DNA of 64,000 bases from PVC group bacterium (GTDB taxonomy: Bacteria; Verrucomicrobiota; Kiritimatiellia; CAIKKV01). The notes beneath the pieces were generated by a model. That model made no database searches, had not been told where the DNA came from, and worked only from the letters and a program-made list of their open reading frames with translations. The translations under genes were made by a program, and so were the position numbers. The DNA lies in assembly GCA_945898015.1 (NCBI GenBank), contig CAMDGM010000003.1, positions 14,618-78,617 on the forward strand, given 5' to 3'. Each line of letters opens with the position of its first letter. Positions within the stretch are counted from its first letter, which is position 1. Positions 57,998-64,000 of the stretch are shown piece after piece.

Positions 57998-58235
57998 CCG
58001 CCCGTTCCGGATGGATGGCCCGGGCCTCCTGGCGCCTGGTTGCGTTGCGGGGAGTTGTGGTCGGCCGCTTGGTGCATGACGACGTGTTGTTGCCTGGCAC
58101 GGCGCTGAATAAACTCAGGACCCGGCTCGTGTGGAAGGCGGCGTAACAAGCTTGAAGCAGAGAGTTTTGATAGAGTTTAGGGAGTTTATCTTTTCCTTGT
58201 AATATCCATAAATAACGGCAAATGAGATTTAATCT

Positions 58236-58520
58236 GGGTCGGAATCGGAATCGGAATCGCTATCGCCGGGCGCAATCTCGACCTCGATTTCGATACCGAT
58301 GCCGATGCCGATTTCGATACCGATACCGATGCCGATACCGATACCGATATACTGAGTATGCCGATGCCGATGCCGATGCCGATACCGATGCCGATGCCGA
58401 TGCCGATACCGATGCCGATACCGATACCGATGCCGATACCGATGCCGATGCCGATACCGATGCCGATGCCGATACCGATACCGATACCGATACCGATATA
58501 CTGAGTATGCCGATGCCGAA
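58236..58520. repeat. Hexamer tandem array (CCGATR)n preceded by an inverted arm (TCGGAA)n
   Basis: Directly visible; interrupted twice by the palindrome ATACTgAGTAT. Confidence 0.95.
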
Positions 58521-58568
58521 TACCGGGAAGAAAGAAAAGATGGAGCCAACATGAGACAGACTATCAGG

Positions 58569-58597
58569 TTGTTCCACGGGCGTTCGTGTGGTATAGG
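58569..58597 (+). promoter_or_regulatory. Putative sigma-70 promoter
   Basis: TTGTTC-N17-TATAGG with an extended -10 TG. Confidence 0.45.
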
Positions 58598-58669
58598 GAT
58601 TCGGAGATTTCGGCATCGGGATCGGAATCCCTATCGAAGATGACGACTCCAGGGGGGACAGAGAGAGAG

Positions 58670-59128
58670 ATGGCCTTCAGCCACGAACGCTTGGATGTTT
58701 ATCGCGCCGCTATCGAGTATGTTGGCTGGGCGCATCGTTTGTGCATGGGCCTGAAGGGAGATCAGCGCAGCACCAAGGATCAGTTGTTGCGGGCCTCGCA
58801 ATCGATCCCCTTGAATATTGCCGAGGGGAACGGAAAAGTCACGGAGGCTGATCGTCGTCGCTACTTCGAAATTGCCCGGGGGTCGACGCTTGAGTGTGCC
58901 GCCATTCAAGACGTCCTTGAAGTGTGCGACATGCTGTCACATGAACAGAATCTGGAAGCCAAGAAACTTCTTGATCGCCTTGTCGCCATGCTTACGAAAC
59001 TGGGTCAGCGCGGATACACTGTCCACGAGTCCAGGGACATCTACTCCAGTACCGATGCCGATGCCGATGCAAGAACCGATACCGATACCGGTGCCGAGAA
59101 TTCTCGTAACGGGAAAAGGACACGCTAG
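58670..59128 (+). CDS. Four-helix-bundle protein (23S rRNA IVP / Avd-like family)
   Basis: FSHERLDVY, DQLLRASQSIPLNIAEG, RRYFEIARGS.LEC. Confidence 0.93.
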   Translation: MAFSHERLDVYRAAIEYVGWAHRLCMGLKGDQRSTKDQLLRASQSIPLNIAEGNGKVTEADRRRYFEIARGSTLECAAIQDVLEVCDMLSHEQNLEAKKLLDRLVAMLTKLGQRGYTVHESRDIYSSTDADADARTDTDTGAENSRNGKRTR

Positions 59129-59130
59129 AA

Positions 59131-59388
59131 ATGCCCACGCTCGACTGGATCGGAAAACAAGCGGTGGTGAATCATCACCACACGGTTCCATTTCATTTGC
59201 TGAAGGATGTGCCGGAGCTTTCCGTGGGCGATCCGGGAACCGGAAACCTGATCGTGCAGGGCGATAACCTGCTCGTGCTCAAAGCCTTTCTCCCGTATTG
59301 GGAGGCCCGGAGCAAGGGGACGTGTCTGTTTGTGATGCCCACGGATAAGGATTGGGAAGCGATAAAAAAGAAGGGGGAAGCGAGATGA
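59131..59388 (+). pseudogene. Fusion remnant of a type III R-M system: Mod N-terminus joined to a Res-like C-terminus
   Basis: MPTLDWIGKQAVVNHH...NLIVQGDNL..LK..LPY then WEARSKGTCLFVMP; no DPPY motif. Confidence 0.8.
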
Positions 59389-60080
59389 AGCGATCTGAAA
59401 TCAATGCGATCATGAAGGATGCGGTGGAGTTTCTGGACCGGATGAATTTCAAGCTGCCGCCGTTCGCCTTCTGGAGCCCGGCCGAATGGGCGCGCAAGGG
59501 CCGTGAGTATGACGAGATCCGGGACAACATGCTGGGCTGGGATATTACTGATTTCGGGAGCGGGGATTACCGCACGATCGGACTCTTGCTGTTCACCATC
59601 CGGAACGGCAACTTCAGCTTGAAGAAATACACGAAGCCCTATGCCGAAAAGCTTCTGCTGGTCGAGGAGGAGCAGATTACCCCCTATCACTTCCACTGGA
59701 AAAAGATGGAGGACATCATCAACCGCGGGGGCGGCAACCTGATGGTCAAGGTTTACAACGCGACCCCGGCGGGCCGTTTTGCCGCGTCGCCGGTGGCGGT
59801 TTCGATGGACGGCCGGAATTACAAGGTCAAGGCGGGGACGGTGATCAAGGTGGCTCCCGGCGAAAGCATCACGCTGCCGGCCGGGCAGTACCATAAGTTC
59901 TGGGGCGAGCCGGGCACCGGGCGGATCCTGCTGGGCGAGGTCTCCAAGATGAACGACGACCGGGTCGACAACCGGTTTTATGAAAAGGTCGGCCGGTTTC
60001 CTGCCATCAAAGAGGATGCGAAGCCGCTGTATCTGCTCGGGAACGAGTATCCGAAGGCAAAGAAATCGCGCCAACCGTAA
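59385..60080 (+). CDS. D-lyxose/D-mannose ketol-isomerase (cupin)
   Basis: MKRSEIN, LGWDITDFG, YAEK, PYHFH..KMEDIINRGGG, GEVS..NDD..DN. Confidence 0.93.
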   Translation: MKRSEINAIMKDAVEFLDRMNFKLPPFAFWSPAEWARKGREYDEIRDNMLGWDITDFGSGDYRTIGLLLFTIRNGNFSLKKYTKPYAEKLLLVEEEQITPYHFHWKKMEDIINRGGGNLMVKVYNATPAGRFAASPVAVSMDGRNYKVKAGTVIKVAPGESITLPAGQYHKFWGEPGTGRILLGEVSKMNDDRVDNRFYEKVGRFPAIKEDAKPLYLLGNEYPKAKKSRQP

Positions 60081-60108
60081 TACAAGTATTGTTCCTGAGG
60101 AAAGAGGG

Positions 60109-60179
60109 AACTACGAAATACGCGAAAGGCACGAAAACAGAACCTTCTTTATTTCGTGCCTTTTGCGCTTTTCGTAGTT
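60109..60179. repeat. Imperfect palindrome with internal (A/G)CGAAA units
   Basis: aactacgaaa.acgcgaaaggcacgaaa ... tttcgtgccttttgcgc.tttcgtagtt. Confidence 0.85.
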
Positions 60180-60204
60180 ACGGCTCGAAGAGGCTTGGCG
60201 TGTT

Positions 60205-62964
60205 ATGAAAAAAACGGCGTTCGTGTTTTCCCATGTCCACTGGGACATTGAATGGTATCTCCCGTTCCGGTCTTTCCGGTTCTGGCTGGTGAAGAGCCTG
60301 GACCGGTTGATCGATCCGGTCTCGCGGCAGCCGGGATTCAAGACCTTTGTGTTCGACGGCCAGGTGGCCCCGATCGAACATTACCTGGAGGTCAAGCCGG
60401 AGCGCGAGGCGGCCATCCGCAAGCTGGTCAAGTCCGGGAAGCTCTCCGTGGGTCCCTTTTATACCCAGTACGACGAGTGGCTGACGGGACCGGAGGCGAT
60501 TGTCCGCAACTGCCTCTATGGAAACCGGCGGGCTCGCGAACTCGGCCGGGTGATGAAGGCCGGGTACCTGCCCGACAATTTCGGTCATCCCGCGCAGATG
60601 CCGCAGATCCTGGACGGCTTCGGCCTGAAAAGCCTCATTTTCATGCGAGGCATGCCGGAGCGGTCCGAGGCGGTGGGGGATCAGTTTCACTGGGTTGGCC
60701 TCGATGGCACGCGCGTTCTGGGTATTCACCTGCGCAACACCTATTGTAATGCTTTGGCCGCGGGGTCGAAGACGAACGCCTGGGGGCCGCCGGCGTTCCG
60801 TGCCGCCGCGTTTGGCGATTACATTCAGACGCCCGAGTTCCTGCATCGCGCAGCGTGCGAGACGGACAGGAAGAAGGGCGTGGAGGCCCTGGTGGACGCC
60901 GCGAAGAAGGCCGAGCCCGGCTGTCACACCGGGGTGATTCCGCTGGCCAACGGTTATGACAGCGCCGTGCCCCAGGAAACCATCGCCGAGCTGATCGCCC
61001 TGGCCAACAAGCAGCAGGACGAATTCGAATTTGTGCACGGGAATTGCGAAGCGCTTACAAACGCGATTCAGCGGCGCGGCGCGCCGCTGAAGGATTTCAA
61101 GGGCGAGCTGTGGGGCGGGAAGTACCAGTTGCTCCTGACAGGCGCCATCACCACGCGCAGCTACCTCAAGCAGTCGAATTTTCTGGCCGAGGCGCTGCTC
61201 GAGCGCTATGCCGAACCGCTCAGCGCGTTGGCTTCGCTCGATGGGGCGGAATGGCCGGCGCGGCCGCTGGAGGAGGCCTGGCGCTGGCTGTTCCTCAATC
61301 AGGCGCACGACGGGATCCACGGGTCGAGCGCCGATCCGGTGCACGAGGAGATGGTGCAGCGGTTCAACGCGGCCCGGCAGATCGCCGTGGGCCTGACCCA
61401 CGAGGCCCTGGCTGTGCTGGCGGCGCGGCGGGACGACAAACAGGCGACGGGCGGACTCGTCCTCGCTTTCAATCCCGCGGGGAGCGCGGAGGCGCCGGCC
61501 ATTGTGGATACGTGGCTGCATGGCTATGATCCGGCCAAGCATGTTGTAGTCGACGAGAGCGACCGGCCTCTGCCGATTCAAGTGGTGGCCAATCCCTGGG
61601 CGGCGGACCCACCGTCCAAGACGTCCAGCTGGGCGCCGGCGTGGCCCGACGGCAATCCGGCCCATGTGCTCGTGGCGGCGTCGGTCCCGGCCGGCGGCCT
61701 GGCCGCGTTGCGGATGCGCGCCGGCAAGGCGCCGAAGTCGAAACGGCTCGGCACGCAGTCCGCCACATCGATCGAGAACGAGCACCTGCGCGTGAGTTTC
61801 AAGCGCGGGGCGCTGGAGGTCTACGACAAGGCCACCCGCCGGACATATGCCGGCTTGAACGTCATCGAGGACGAGGCGGACCGGGGCGATGCCTGGGACT
61901 TTTCCGAGCCGTGGGAGAAGAGCCCGGTCCTGCGCAGCACGGACTTTCCCGCCACCTGCCGCCGGGTCGAATCCGGCCCGGTCCGGGCCATGCTGGAGGT
62001 CACCACCCGGATGCGGGTGCCCAAGCGGCTTGAGGGTGAGAAGCGGTCACGCGAAAAGGTGGACCTGGCGCTGGTTGCGAAGGTGAGCCTCTACCGTGGC
62101 GCGCGCCGGGTGGACGTGTCGCTGACGTTCGACAACCAGGCCTGCGATCATCGGCTGAGGCTGGTGTGTCCGACCGGGCTGGAAAGCGGCCGCGTGATGA
62201 GCCAGGGCCATTTCGGCATTCTGAGCCGGCCTGTGCGGAATCCCGACGAAGGCAAGACGGGGTGGACCCAGCCGCCGCCCGTGACGTTCTATTTCCGTGA
62301 ATGGATTGCGGTGGAGGCGGGGCGGGCCGGACTGGCGGTGGCCTGCCGCGGGCTCCACGAGTATGAGTCCAGGAGTGGCCGCCACGGCGTGGACCTGCGG
62401 GTTACGCTGCAGCGGGGTTACGGGCGGATGGGCCGGTCGAACGTCAAGGCGCGGGCGGGGGCGACGTCGCCGACGATTCCGACGCCCGGCGCCCAGTGTC
62501 TGGGCGTGCAGACCTTTGATTATGCCTTCCTGCCCTATTCGGCCGGTGGCCGTGCTGCCCGGGCGCCGTTCATGCCGCAGGCGCTGGCATTCCTCTATCC
62601 GCCCATGGGGCACCAGGCGGATCCGACGCATATCCTGGTGGATCCGGCGCTCGTGAAAAAGGGCGTGAAAGGGGCGATCCCGGCCCCGGCCTTCCGGGTT
62701 GAGCCGGGCCACCTGCGCGTCAGCGCTTTCAAGCGTGCGGCGGAGAATGACGGCTGGATTGTGCGGTTCTGGGAGAACGAGGGCCGGAAAACAAAAGCCC
62801 GCCTCACGCTGGCCCCGGCCTTTGGAAAGGTTGTTGAAACCAATCTCAACGAGGAAGCGATCCGGCCCGTCAAGGTGTCCGGCGGTCGCGTGACCCTCGA
62901 GGTGGCTCCGTATAAGATCGTGACCTTGAAACTGTTTGAGGTGATAAGCGTGCGGCCTACTTGA
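60205..62964 (+). CDS. GH38 alpha-mannosidase family glycoside hydrolase
   Basis: HVHWDIEWY, FDGQ, YLPDNFGH, NQAHDGIHGSS, SAFKRA. Confidence 0.93.
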   Translation: MKKTAFVFSHVHWDIEWYLPFRSFRFWLVKSLDRLIDPVSRQPGFKTFVFDGQVAPIEHYLEVKPEREAAIRKLVKSGKLSVGPFYTQYDEWLTGPEAIVRNCLYGNRRARELGRVMKAGYLPDNFGHPAQMPQILDGFGLKSLIFMRGMPERSEAVGDQFHWVGLDGTRVLGIHLRNTYCNALAAGSKTNAWGPPAFRAAAFGDYIQTPEFLHRAACETDRKKGVEALVDAAKKAEPGCHTGVIPLANGYDSAVPQETIAELIALANKQQDEFEFVHGNCEALTNAIQRRGAPLKDFKGELWGGKYQLLLTGAITTRSYLKQSNFLAEALLERYAEPLSALASLDGAEWPARPLEEAWRWLFLNQAHDGIHGSSADPVHEEMVQRFNAARQIAVGLTHEALAVLAARRDDKQATGGLVLAFNPAGSAEAPAIVDTWLHGYDPAKHVVVDESDRPLPIQVVANPWAADPPSKTSSWAPAWPDGNPAHVLVAASVPAGGLAALRMRAGKAPKSKRLGTQSATSIENEHLRVSFKRGALEVYDKATRRTYAGLNVIEDEADRGDAWDFSEPWEKSPVLRSTDFPATCRRVESGPVRAMLEVTTRMRVPKRLEGEKRSREKVDLALVAKVSLYRGARRVDVSLTFDNQACDHRLRLVCPTGLESGRVMSQGHFGILSRPVRNPDEGKTGWTQPPPVTFYFREWIAVEAGRAGLAVACRGLHEYESRSGRHGVDLRVTLQRGYGRMGRSNVKARAGATSPTIPTPGAQCLGVQTFDYAFLPYSAGGRAARAPFMPQALAFLYPPMGHQADPTHILVDPALVKKGVKGAIPAPAFRVEPGHLRVSAFKRAAENDGWIVRFWENEGRKTKARLTLAPAFGKVVETNLNEEAIRPVKVSGGRVTLEVAPYKIVTLKLFEVISVRPT

Positions 62965-63157
62965 TGGCCAGATTTGACGATTTAGCAAGGAAAGCGAGCT
63001 TTCGCGCCTGCTCGTCAAGCCGGCTTCGAGGGCTGTTGCGCCGGACGGTGGACTGTGCCTCCGCCCAGGTCATGGCGTCCTGAATCAAGCGCCAGCGCTC
63101 CTGGGCTGTCCAGTTCCGCTCGCGCTTGCATGCTTCACGTTGGATGAGAGGATTCAC
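62957..63157 (-). CDS. Small hypothetical partner of the nucleotidyltransferase
   Basis: 66-aa helical ORF overlapping the NTase stop. Confidence 0.65.
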   Translation of the reverse strand: MNPLIQREACKRERNWTAQERWRLIQDAMTWAEAQSTVRRNSPRSRLDEQARKLAFLAKSSNLAIK

Positions 63158-63635
63158 GGGCAGATAATGCTTTCTTCAAATCGCGAATGCGATCATTTTT
63201 CCGGTCTTCGGGATCGAGGCTCAATTGGCAGGCCAGCATGTCCGCATCCGACAACCCCCGGTAAACGGTTCCGGCAGCGGTTTGCCCGGACACGGATGTG
63301 GTGAAGGACTGTTGCCAACTCGGCAGACCCGCGACGCTGAGGAAGACATCAATGGCGCCGTGGGGGCTGCTCAGGCAATAGATTGTTTGCCGGCCCAGCC
63401 ATCCCGTTGGCAGGGCTGCCACCGGACCCCAGGTTTCCTCCGCGGGGCCCCATTCGGCATCCAGTTCGGCCAAGGCCTCCTCGCACCGAAGACGGTTGCC
63501 GGCGTCGTCTTCGATCCATAAATCGATGTCGAATGTCAGGACCGGCTTGTGCCGCAGCAGAAAGTGGACCCCGCCAATAAGAAGCGTGCGCACCTCCCGG
63601 CGGTTGAAGACGGTCAGGATATGGTCAATGTCCAT
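63135..63635 (-). CDS. Minimal nucleotidyltransferase family protein
   Basis: LIGG...TFDIDL...IDVF. Confidence 0.82.
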   Translation of the reverse strand: MDIDHILTVFNRREVRTLLIGGVHFLLRHKPVLTFDIDLWIEDDAGNRLRCEEALAELDAEWGPAEETWGPVAALPTGWLGRQTIYCLSSPHGAIDVFLSVAGLPSWQQSFTTSVSGQTAAGTVYRGLSDADMLACQLSLDPEDRKNDRIRDLKKALSARESSHPT

Positions 63636-63700
63636 AATTAAAAATTTAGCACGAATTACGGCTGATTAAAGATTAATCGGCGCGCGCCCGGCGTGATGGC

Positions 63701-63740
63701 CCTAACACAAACCTAACAATTCCCTCACATGAGCCTGACA
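63701..63740 (+). promoter_or_regulatory. Pho-box-like array of four 11-bp-spaced direct repeats
   Basis: CCTAACA 63701, CCTAACA 63712, CCTCACA 63723, CCTGACA 63734, upstream of pstS. Confidence 0.85.
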
Positions 63741-63782
63741 AGCGTCGGCTTTACTTGCTGCCTACAAGAGAAAGGCAGCAGC

Positions 63783-64000
63783 ATGAAATTTGTCACGAGC
63801 GTTTTATTGGCAGGTGTGGCTCTGGTGGTGATGACCAGCGGTTGCGGGCGCAAGGCGGAGACGGCGTTTACGGTGGCGGGCTCGACTGCCTTCCAGCCGT
63901 TTGCCGAAAAGCTGGCGGATCAGTTCATGGCCTCGCATCCGGACGTGAACATCACGGTGCAAGGAGGAGGCTCCTCCCTCGGCATCCAGTCCGCTCTTTC
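63783..64000 (+). CDS. pstS: Phosphate ABC transporter substrate-binding lipoprotein, 3'-truncated (not in ORF track)
   Basis: MKFVTSVLLAGVALVVMTSGC lipobox, then VAGSTAFQP and VQGGGSSLGI. Confidence 0.92.
   Translation, partial: MKFVTSVLLAGVALVVMTSGCGRKAETAFTVAGSTAFQPFAEKLADQFMASHPDVNITVQGGGSSLGIQSAL

Noticed and set aside
58222..58616. ORFs reading DADTD, YRYRH or SVSAS through the hexamer array
   Set aside because: These are by-products of a stop-free 6-bp repeat open in several frames on both strands.
58586..59128. Diversity-generating retroelement, suggested by the Avd-like protein
   Set aside because: No reverse transcriptase and no TR/VR pair differing at adenines was seen in the window.

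Overview
GC-rich bacterial chromosomal window. Gene content (LRR Ser/Thr kinase, sialate O-acetylesterase, many secreted hypotheticals) is suggestive of a PVC-group organism such as Kiritimatiellota/Lentisphaerota; this is inference only. It holds about 55 CDS: ppk2-glgP-flavodoxin, a LarA-family racemase, gdhA with a PEP-utiliser-like partner, glmM, ilvC, GH13, GH38, an S8 protease, two ECF sigma/anti-sigma modules, a large RND/thioredoxin/YeeE-rhodanese sulfur-redox island, a decayed TA/R-M patch and the start of pstS. No rRNA, tRNA, CRISPR array, transposase or integrase was recognised. The most striking unannotated signals are: (1) a dispersed family of ~147-153 bp long imperfect hairpins (4 full copies and 1 partial) with ungapped, compensatory divergence and shared flanking modules; (2) an ECF regulon readable from sequence (GTGAC-N16-GKGTATA three times) around a sigma factor whose anti-sigma carries a CBM48-like domain; (3) a four-helix-bundle gene enclosed by inverted hexamer arrays, next to an 'empty' expanded array; (4) an in-frame Mod/Res fusion scar of a deleted type III R-M system; (5) an apparently exported persulfide-dioxygenase-like multi-rhodanese protein with a split YeeE transporter. 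All calls come from manual reading; no searches were run.
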